From the IMG/VR virus record IMGVR_UViG_3300021256_002629, positions 74,510 to 138,509 of that record: 64,000 bases of DNA; one strand, written 5' to 3'. The translations under genes and the position numbers were made by a program. Origin of the DNA: a virus (Duplodnaviria; Caudoviricetes). Below are positions 56,505-64,000 of this stretch, in pieces; positions within the stretch are counted from its first letter, which is position 1, and each line of letters starts with the position of its first letter. Under the pieces are notes generated by a model, which was given only the letters and a program-made list of their open reading frames with translations, was not told where the DNA came from and searched no databases.

Positions 56505-58418
56505 ATGATTATTATGATTGTTACAGAAAAAGAATTTTATGATTTGTGTAAAAAACTAGGAGTAAAAGAGTCAAACGAGTACAATTATCACCCAAAAACA
56601 AATAAGGAGTTAAAGGATCTCATTAAGAAATTAATTAAAGAGAGGGGAAATGAGGCGGATTTGAATGATGTTGATGTTTCCCAAATTGAAGACATGAGTG
56701 AGATATTTAAAGGCTCTCAATTCAATGGCGACATTTCAAAGTGGGATGTTAGTGGGGTGAAAAAGATGTTTTATATGTTTGCCCATTCTAAATTCAATGG
56801 CGACATTTCAAAGTGGGATGTTAGTGGAGTGAAGGATATGTGTGGAATGTTTTGTGGATCTCAATTTAACGGGGATATTTCTAATTGGGATGTTAGTAAT
56901 GTTGAGGATATGTGTCATATGTTTCGAAATTCTCAATTTAACGGAGATATCTCTAATTGGGATGTTAGTGGGGTTGAGTGTATGGTTTGGATGTTTATGG
57001 GATCTCAATTTAATGGGGATATTTCGAATTGGAATGTTGAGGATACAGATATAATGTTTGACGGTTCTCAACTTGATAAAAGCAATATTTCAGATTGGAG
57101 AAATGTTAGCAAATTCGAAGATATATTACGTAAAAGGCCAGAAATAAAAGATCCCAATAATAAGTATAAATATCAACCAAAAACAAATAAGGAGTTAAAA
57201 AATCTCATCGAAAAACTAATTAAAGAGAGGGGAAATAAGGCAGATTTGAATGATGTTGATGTTTCCCAAATTACAGATATGAGTCAGTTGTTTGCTTGGT
57301 CTGAATTTAATGGAGATATTTCGAATTGGGATGTTAGTGGAGTGAAGGATATGAGTGAGATATTTTGGAATTCTCAATTTAATGGAGATATTTCAAAATG
57401 GGATGTTAGTGGAGTGGAGAATATGTATAGAATGTTTTATAGTTCTCAATTTAACGGAGATATTTCAAAATGGAATGTAAGTAAGGTTGAGAGTATGAGT
57501 CATATGTTTTCTGGCTCTCAATTTAATGGCGACATTTCAAAGTGGGATGTTAGTGGGGTGAATGATATGAGTGGGATGTTTGAATGTTCTCCATTTAATG
57601 GAGATATCTCTAGCTGGGATGTTAGTGAGGTTGAGAAGATGGAAGGAATGTTTTGGTGTTCTAAATTTAACGGCGATATCTCTAAATGGAATGTTAGTAA
57701 GGTGAAAGATATGGCTTGGATGTTTTATAAATCTAAATTCAGCGGGGATATTTCTAAGTGGAATGTTGGTAGTGTGGAGGAGATGTTTGGAATGTTTGAA
57801 GAATCTCAATTTAATGGAGATATTTCGAAATGGGATGTTAGTAATGTTGAAGATATGGGTGGAATGTTTCGTAAATCTCAATTTAATAGTGATATCTCAA
57901 ATTGGAATGTTAGTAATGTTAAGAATATGCAGGATATGTTTAAAGAGTCTGAATTTAATGGAAATATCTCAAAATGGGATGTTAGTGGGGTTGTGGATAT
58001 GGAAGGGATATTTTGTAAGTCCCAATTTAATAAAGACATTTCTAATTGGAACGTTAGTAATGTGAAAGATATGAGTTTTATGTTTACCAAATCTCAATTT
58101 AATGGGAATATCTCTAATTGGAACGTTAGTAAGGTTGAGAGGATGAAATATACGTTTGCTAACTCTCTATTTAACGGTGACATCTCTAAATGGGATGTTA
58201 GTAAAGTTGAGGAGATGGAAGGAATGTTTACTGAATCTCAATTTAATGGTGATATCTCAAATTGGAATGTTAGTAAAGTGAAGCATATGGAGGGAATGTT
58301 TTATAATTCTCAATTTAACGGCGATATCTCAAAATGGGACGTTAGGAAGGTGAAGGATATAAGTAAAATATTTGATGATATTAGTGAAAAATATGTCATC
58401 AAATTTGAAAAAAGTTGA
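56505..58418 (+). CDS. Double DUF285/BspA-like repeat protein (cap + 5 repeats, second cap + ~15 repeats)
   Basis: PKTNKELK...ADLNDVDVSQI cap occurs twice. Confidence 0.9.
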   Translation: MIIMIVTEKEFYDLCKKLGVKESNEYNYHPKTNKELKDLIKKLIKERGNEADLNDVDVSQIEDMSEIFKGSQFNGDISKWDVSGVKKMFYMFAHSKFNGDISKWDVSGVKDMCGMFCGSQFNGDISNWDVSNVEDMCHMFRNSQFNGDISNWDVSGVECMVWMFMGSQFNGDISNWNVEDTDIMFDGSQLDKSNISDWRNVSKFEDILRKRPEIKDPNNKYKYQPKTNKELKNLIEKLIKERGNKADLNDVDVSQITDMSQLFAWSEFNGDISNWDVSGVKDMSEIFWNSQFNGDISKWDVSGVENMYRMFYSSQFNGDISKWNVSKVESMSHMFSGSQFNGDISKWDVSGVNDMSGMFECSPFNGDISSWDVSEVEKMEGMFWCSKFNGDISKWNVSKVKDMAWMFYKSKFSGDISKWNVGSVEEMFGMFEESQFNGDISKWDVSNVEDMGGMFRKSQFNSDISNWNVSNVKNMQDMFKESEFNGNISKWDVSGVVDMEGIFCKSQFNKDISNWNVSNVKDMSFMFTKSQFNGNISNWNVSKVERMKYTFANSLFNGDISKWDVSKVEEMEGMFTESQFNGDISNWNVSKVKHMEGMFYNSQFNGDISKWDVRKVKDISKIFDDISEKYVIKFEKS

Positions 58419-58466
58419 GGATATTATCCAATAATATCATAGATCAAAAACAACGATGATCTATTA

Positions 58467-58516
58467 AAAATGTATATATACGTATATATTTAGCGTATAT
58501 ATACATTTTATTTTTT
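58467..58516 (+). terminator. Long hairpin terminator closing the repeat-gene array
   Basis: 16-bp stem aaaatgtatatatacg / cgtatatatacatttt followed by T tract. Confidence 0.7.
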
Positions 58517-58593
58517 CTTAAACCCTAAAAATGCCAAAATAGTGAGGAAGATTCCTTATTCCTGAATCCGAACTTCAAAATTTAAGTTATATA

Positions 58594-58785
58594 GTGATGA
58601 AAAACAAAGTATTTGTATTTAACAAGACCGGAAATAGTTATCTGGTTCTTGAGGAAGGTGAAATGAAAGACCCCTCCACTAGAGAATGGCTTAAAAGTGT
58701 GGTGTATAAATCCCTAGAAACTGGGAATATTTATACAAGAGAGTTGAATGACTTTTTAAATAAATTTAGTATAAAGAATGATTAA
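58594..58785 (+). CDS. DUF1653-like small protein
   Basis: Y.V...VVYKSL...IYTR....F..KF pattern. Confidence 0.6.
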   Translation: MMKNKVFVFNKTGNSYLVLEEGEMKDPSTREWLKSVVYKSLETGNIYTRELNDFLNKFSIKND

Positions 58786-60967
58786 TAAGCAGGACATAAC
58801 GGTTAACAAAAAAAGAAAAGGATTTACAGAACCCTTTGATGAAACCAAAATTCATGCAGCAATTAGAAAAAGTGCTGAAAGAATTCTTCAAGTGATGTCG
58901 GATGACGATTGTAAAAAAGTATCACAGAGAGTATTGGAGTTAATAACTGATAAAGAAATTGGTGTTAAAAAGCTCCACAGATTAGTTGAAGTAGCTCTTG
59001 ATGATACTGGATTTTATAAGGTAGCGGAATCCTACAGACAATATCGAAATTACAAGGAGGATTCTCAAAGAATTATGGAGGCTGTTGATGCCAAAACATT
59101 GGAACTTTCTTATAAAGAAGATAGATCTAATGCCAATTGTGACAGTACATTAGTAAGTACTAAGCGAAGTATTTTGTATGGTGAGATGCAGAAAGAGAAG
59201 TATGAACGAATTTTCCTTTCTGTAGAGGAACTTGAAGCTATTAAAGATGGTTATTTGTACATTCATGACAGATCTGCTCGTTGGGATACTTATAATTGTT
59301 CAGTTCAAAATTATAAGAATATCTTGAAAGGCGGGTTCACTTTGTCAAATACTGAGTACAATGAACCACAATCAGCTGCTGCGGCTATTGCAGTATTGTC
59401 TGACGTAATGAACGTGATAGCAAGTAATCAGTATGGAGGTAATACGGTACCTGAGATAGATGATATTCTGGACGAATATTGTGAAAAGTCTTATCAGTTC
59501 TATCTTAAACAGTATTATGAAATAAGAGAAGGACTAGATGTGGACCCTGAGAAAGCTGATAAATTTGCTGAAGAAAGGGTAAGGAGAGAACTTGCACAAG
59601 GATTTCAGTCTATCGAGCTAACCTTTAATAGCGTTAGTTCTAGTCGAGGTGATTTCCCATTCATAGCAGTAACCTTCGGACATCGTACTTCTAGATGGGC
59701 AGCACTAGTTTCGTCCGTAATTCTTCAAGTTAGAAAAGAGGGACAAGGAAAACCAGGACATAAAATTCCTGTGGTATTTCCTAAACTGATATTTATTTAT
59801 GATTCAGAACTTCACGGACCAGGCAAAGAACTTGAGTGGTTATTTAAAGAGGCAGTGGAATGTACAAAAATAGCCCAATATCCAGACTACTTGAGCCTAG
59901 ATTTGCCAGCTGAAGGAGAATCTCCTAACTATATTGGAGAGGTTTATCATAAATGGGGCTGTGTGGTTTCTCCAATGGGCTGCAGAAGTTTTATTAGTCC
60001 GATGTTCAAAAACTCAGGAACTTGGGAACCAGCAGATGATAATGATGAATTCCTATACCACAGATGTAATTTAGGTGTTATAGCTTTGAATCTTCCTATG
60101 ATTTATCAAAAATCCAAGGTAGAACAAAAGGAATATCATGAAGTTCTTGATTATTACTTGGAACTTACTAGAGGAATTCATAAAAGAACCTTTGATTATC
60201 TCTGCAAGCTTAAAGCATCTTCTAGTCCACTTGCTTTCTGTGAAGGAGGTCTTGACGGAGGATACCTTAACCCAGATGACTGTATAGCACCAGTATTAAA
60301 GAACTCAACTCTTAGTTTCGGCTATGGAGGACTTAATGAATTATCTTTATTAGCTACCGGAAAACCATTACACGAATTTCAAGACTTTGCTGTAGCTGAA
60401 TTAAAGTATATTTCAGACAAGTGTGCAGAATTTAAGAAACAAGATGGTCTTCTTTACGCTGCTTATGGAATTCCTGGAGAAACAGCTCTTCCATTAATGA
60501 ATGATCAGTTTATTAAGAAGTATGGAGAAGTTCCAGGAATCATTAAGAAAGGAGGATACTTGAGCAATAGTTTTCATTGTCATGTCACTGCAGATGTAAC
60601 CCCAATAGAAAAGATGGATATTGAGAGTAAGTTCTGGAATTACTCTAACGGCGGAAAGATTTCTCATATCTCTATAAATAATATCAAGAATACAGAAGGA
60701 ATCATTTCTCTAATTCGTTATGGAATGTCTAAGGGATTGTATCTAGGTGTAAATCATCCAGAGAATCATTGTATAGATTGTTCAAGTCACTGGGAAGGAA
60801 ATGACCATGAAGACGATATTGACAGTTTGTGCCCTATTTGTGGAAGCGGAAATATAGTTAAGATAAGAAGAATGAACGGATATTTATCTTACACTAGAAC
60901 TCGCTCAGGCAAAGCAAGATTTCATGAAGGAAAACTGAAGGAAATTAAAGACAGGGTAAATATGTAA
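58778..60967 (+). CDS. nrdD: Anaerobic (class III) ribonucleoside-triphosphate reductase
   Basis: N-terminal ATP cone, YIHD, YNC, PVVFPKL, MGCRSF, CxxC...CPICGS, RRMNGYL glycyl-radical motif. Confidence 0.95.
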   Translation: MINKQDITVNKKRKGFTEPFDETKIHAAIRKSAERILQVMSDDDCKKVSQRVLELITDKEIGVKKLHRLVEVALDDTGFYKVAESYRQYRNYKEDSQRIMEAVDAKTLELSYKEDRSNANCDSTLVSTKRSILYGEMQKEKYERIFLSVEELEAIKDGYLYIHDRSARWDTYNCSVQNYKNILKGGFTLSNTEYNEPQSAAAAIAVLSDVMNVIASNQYGGNTVPEIDDILDEYCEKSYQFYLKQYYEIREGLDVDPEKADKFAEERVRRELAQGFQSIELTFNSVSSSRGDFPFIAVTFGHRTSRWAALVSSVILQVRKEGQGKPGHKIPVVFPKLIFIYDSELHGPGKELEWLFKEAVECTKIAQYPDYLSLDLPAEGESPNYIGEVYHKWGCVVSPMGCRSFISPMFKNSGTWEPADDNDEFLYHRCNLGVIALNLPMIYQKSKVEQKEYHEVLDYYLELTRGIHKRTFDYLCKLKASSSPLAFCEGGLDGGYLNPDDCIAPVLKNSTLSFGYGGLNELSLLATGKPLHEFQDFAVAELKYISDKCAEFKKQDGLLYAAYGIPGETALPLMNDQFIKKYGEVPGIIKKGGYLSNSFHCHVTADVTPIEKMDIESKFWNYSNGGKISHISINNIKNTEGIISLIRYGMSKGLYLGVNHPENHCIDCSSHWEGNDHEDDIDSLCPICGSGNIVKIRRMNGYLSYTRTRSGKARFHEGKLKEIKDRVNM

Positions 60968-61086
60968 TAGCAATTAACTAAATAAAGGCCGGTATGTATA
61001 AATTATATATACTACTGGCTTTTATTTTTTCATAACTTACCAACATGACAGTCTGGTATCCTTATTACTGTAAAATATTAGTAAAT

Positions 61087-61308
61087 ATGACTGAATTGAA
61101 GCCAGGTACAGTAGTTAGAATTGTCAAAGCGGATAATTCTACTTATCAAGCTATATATTGTGGACAAAAGGACCAGTATTTTATAGTTGGATCTAAAAAT
61201 GAAGACTTTTGTATTAAATCTTTTACGGATACAGTAACAGATTTTAATCCATGTGGGTGTTCATCATTTAGATTTGTAAAACCAAAATATGTTTACATTG
61301 AGAATTAA
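61087..61308 (+). CDS. Hypothetical protein
   Basis: ATG 61087 lies downstream of CTTATTACTG motif at 61061. Confidence 0.55.
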   Translation: MTELKPGTVVRIVKADNSTYQAIYCGQKDQYFIVGSKNEDFCIKSFTDTVTDFNPCGCSSFRFVKPKYVYIEN

Positions 61309-61326
61309 ATTAATAAATAAATCATT

Positions 61327-61860
61327 ATGAAATTAATCCAAACCTACCATGCAGATATGTTAAATGGTGTAGGTCTTCGTGAAGTTCTGTTTTTTAGCGG
61401 GTGCTCTCATCATTGTGATTCTTGTTTTAGTCCAGAAACTTGGGATCCCGACATGAAAGATGCTCACGAATGGACTGAAGCAGATTGGGAAAATTTAAAG
61501 GAACAATTATCTAAGCCTTACATTGCAGGAGTAACTTTATCTGGCGGAGATCCATTAAGTTCTTGGAATGCTCCTGGGATTTATAATCTTTGCAAGAAAA
61601 TAAAGGACGAATTTCCTGATAAAACAATTTGGGCATATACTGGATATACTTGGGAGGCTCTCTTATCTTTCCAATTCAGTGCTAGAATGGAAAATGTCTA
61701 TAAAAATAAATGTTTAGAATTTATAGATGTTTTATGTGAGGGGCCATTTCAAAAAGATAAAGTTTCACCAAATAAACCTTGGGTAGGAAGTGAAAATCAA
61801 AGAGTAATAGACGTACAAAAAAGTTTAAAACAAAGAGAGATAGTATTATGGGAAGAATAA
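61327..61860 (+). CDS. nrdG: Anaerobic RNR activating radical SAM enzyme
   Basis: NGVGLR..LFFSGCSHHCDSC, LSGGDPL, YTGY, GSENQRVID. Confidence 0.95.
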   Translation: MKLIQTYHADMLNGVGLREVLFFSGCSHHCDSCFSPETWDPDMKDAHEWTEADWENLKEQLSKPYIAGVTLSGGDPLSSWNAPGIYNLCKKIKDEFPDKTIWAYTGYTWEALLSFQFSARMENVYKNKCLEFIDVLCEGPFQKDKVSPNKPWVGSENQRVIDVQKSLKQREIVLWEE

Positions 61861-62660
61861 ATAAAAATGAGATCTATGTAATAAAACGGCCTATTAAATC
61901 AATAATGTCCGTAATTATTATGGATACTAAATTTCCAATTTCCTCAAATAGTCACGAGTATATAGAAGCATTGCAGAAAATTTCAGATACATGTTACTTG
62001 TTTTCAGATAAATTCTATGAAAGTAAAGGAATTAATAAAAGGAAATTTACTACACTATACGAAGGAAATCTCTTTATAGATTGTACGGGCGATAGTATAA
62101 TTCCTTTAATTAATAAAACGTTTGACTATTCTATTGAGATTTTTAATAGGCATGCGTCTTTTTTAGTATTTAATTTATCTGATTTAGAGACATTTCAAGA
62201 AGAGGATTTCAAGAAACTTTTATCAAATATCCAAAAAGTAAATGTATCTAATATAAAATGGCCAATTCTTAACATAAAAAGGTTAAGTAGTGAGGAAATG
62301 TACGAGTATTATAAAGAATTCCCTACTATTGATGAAGGTAGTTATTTGAATACAGATAGTTGCTTTTCTTTAACAGGAATTATTTCGAAACTTAATTTAG
62401 AGTACTTCAATTATCTAATCCTAAAAGAGAATTCGAATAATACTAAAAATACTTACGCGTCTTGGAAAACCACTAGTAGAATTCAGTTCTTTAAAAGAAT
62501 AGTTATTTCAGAGTTTTTGAAATTTCTAGAAGAGAACCCGAATTTTATAGAGACATTTTCAGGAGACAGAATAGATCAAGTTTACGCATCTATCATCAAG
62601 CGACTAAACTTAAAGAATCAAAATATAAATATTGAAGATTTAAACTTAGAAGAAATATAA
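61848..62660 (+). CDS. Hypothetical protein
   Basis: 270-aa ORF in operon. Confidence 0.65.
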   Translation: MGRINKNEIYVIKRPIKSIMSVIIMDTKFPISSNSHEYIEALQKISDTCYLFSDKFYESKGINKRKFTTLYEGNLFIDCTGDSIIPLINKTFDYSIEIFNRHASFLVFNLSDLETFQEEDFKKLLSNIQKVNVSNIKWPILNIKRLSSEEMYEYYKEFPTIDEGSYLNTDSCFSLTGIISKLNLEYFNYLILKENSNNTKNTYASWKTTSRIQFFKRIVISEFLKFLEENPNFIETFSGDRIDQVYASIIKRLNLKNQNINIEDLNLEEI

Positions 62661-62992
62661 TGAAAAAAGAAAAAGATGTTTATGTTCAATTAGGAGAGAA
62701 CTTAGATTATCCCCTTGAAGTGAAAATTTGGAGGAAGTCAGACAATACTAATCCTCCTACTTGGTTGTCAGATAAGTGTCACGTCACCGAAATTGATGAA
62801 AAAGGGAATTATGAACTTAGAACCAGAAAATTCGATAATGGAGATTATGAATATATTTCTCCAGAATTGACTTCAATTGTTAGAGTTAAGAATGATGAAG
62901 ATTATATTTGTTGTGGAAATATAAAAACAAAAAATATAATCTTCTCACTTACACCAAAACAATTCAGTCTTTTATATGTAAAAAGGGGTTAA
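62660..62992 (+). CDS. Hypothetical protein
   Basis: 110-aa ORF coupled by TAATG. Confidence 0.65.
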   Translation: MKKEKDVYVQLGENLDYPLEVKIWRKSDNTNPPTWLSDKCHVTEIDEKGNYELRTRKFDNGDYEYISPELTSIVRVKNDEDYICCGNIKTKNIIFSLTPKQFSLLYVKRG

Positions 62993-63104
62993 TGTGCTTG
63001 TTGGGCATAAAGACAGATTGACAAGATTCCAATTCAACTTCATCCGCAAGATGTTTGAAAGTTATGGTTGCAAGATTGTCGTAGTAGAAGGAGAAGACGG
63101 TTAA
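62988..63104 (+). pseudogene. Remnant of IS607-family serine transposase (TnpA)
   Basis: Frame from 62991 reads NVLVGHKDRLTRFQFNFIRKMFESYGCKIVVVEGEDG-stop, matching the KDRLxRF..F...G..I.V motif. Confidence 0.65.
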
Positions 63105-63194
63105 ATTCCCCTTTTTTATTCTCCAAAATTTTGCCGTTTTACATCCGTCACATTCCCTTATATTTGTAATAATAACCAAAAAAACACAAATAAA

Positions 63195-63815
63195 ATGAAA
63201 AAGATTTTTAACAAAAAGCCGCAAGTGGTTAAAACGCTTATTAGAGTGTCAAAGATTATCGAATGCATTGCTGCAAATGACGGACAATGCAAGTACCAAG
63301 ATATCAAAAAATATCTTGGAGACGGAAGTCAAGTTTGTACGAGAATCTTGAACTCTTACAAAAATGTGTGTAGGGGGTATAACATCCCTTTTGTGTACAC
63401 ATCGTGCAGGAGTGTTGACAGGGTAGTCGACATAACTATCTCCATGCGGCCAGACGATATGCTAGCAACCATAGCAGCAATCGAAAAAGAAACCGATGTC
63501 AAGATCGAAACTTCAACAGACGAGCTTAAAAAGCTACTCTTTGATGGCGATCGTCTAAAAGTAGTCGGTTCCTCATCACAGGTTGCCTCCAAACCAGATG
63601 ATGATGAAAAGAAAGAGGAGGAGAAAAAAGTTTCAAGAGTTGCTAATTTCCAACAGCAATTTCTAGAAACTCAATTACAGCTCCCTATGGATTCCATAGA
63701 TGAGTTAATCGCCCTGTTAGAAGAAAAGGGCGTGAAGATCCCTGAGTCACTAAAAAGACTGGTGGAGATCGACAAAGAACGGGAAGAGTTGCTCGCCCGT
63801 TTAAAGGTAAAATAA
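63195..63815 (+). CDS. Hypothetical protein
   Basis: 206-aa ORF with own CTTATATTTG motif at 63157 and a downstream terminator; more C-ending codons than neighbours. Confidence 0.7.
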   Translation: MKKIFNKKPQVVKTLIRVSKIIECIAANDGQCKYQDIKKYLGDGSQVCTRILNSYKNVCRGYNIPFVYTSCRSVDRVVDITISMRPDDMLATIAAIEKETDVKIETSTDELKKLLFDGDRLKVVGSSSQVASKPDDDEKKEEEKKVSRVANFQQQFLETQLQLPMDSIDELIALLEEKGVKIPESLKRLVEIDKEREELLARLKVK

Positions 63816-64000
63816 CAAAAGAGCAATATAGTTTTATATTCGATAAAGCACTAGGCAAGAGAGCTGGTGCTTTATTTTTTTTTTTTCAAAAAAGGGAGTT
63901 AGAAAGGAGTGCTATCTTTATAAATGATAGATAAATTTAATAAAACCATTTAATAATTTCTTTAATTTATACATTTTTTAAAACATTTAATTTATTATGA

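Noticed and set aside
38710-58090. Many short minus-strand and alternate-frame ORFs (e.g. MRTIKH...TNIP) over the repeat genes
   Set aside because: Shadow frames produced by repetitive codons; no independent promoters or starts
34095-58418. Diversity-generating retroelement as the source of repeat variability
   Set aside because: No reverse transcriptase or non-coding template repeat in the window; variable codons differ at all three positions rather than showing adenine-only (AAY-derived) changes. An RT elsewhere cannot be excluded.

Overview
AT-rich (about 30% GC by eye), almost entirely +-strand segment of a large dsDNA (jumbo-type) bacteriophage genome. It uses the standard genetic code and probably infects an anaerobic Bacteroidota host (inference). 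1-15.4 kb: replication/transcription core, with an SF2 helicase end, DnaB-like helicase, RusA-like resolvase, and a phage multi-subunit RNA polymerase. Its beta' gene is split by two endonuclease-bearing group I introns, one inside the catalytic NADFDGD motif, and an intact beta gene and a 2H phosphoesterase follow. 15.5-27.8 kb: small accessory genes and several expanded paralog families. 27.8-34 kb: NAD-dependent ligase, dUTPase, ParM-like actin. 34-58.4 kb is the most striking region: 19 intact genes (plus remnants) built from about 200 copies of a 24-aa DUF285/BspA-like repeat with a fixed scaffold and hypervariable positions. Most genes sit behind a copy of the same ~85-bp terminator+promoter unit. 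Identical repeat blocks are shared between distant paralogs, one cassette has had its interior replaced by a GC-rich bacterial dihydrofolate reductase gene, and an inverted block of three basic proteins plus two tRNAs lies inside the array. I interpret this (inference) as a recombination-diversified binder library that also captures genes. 58.6-64 kb: anaerobic ribonucleotide reductase nrdD/nrdG, hypotheticals and an IS607 remnant. All family assignments come from motif recognition by eye; no searches were run.
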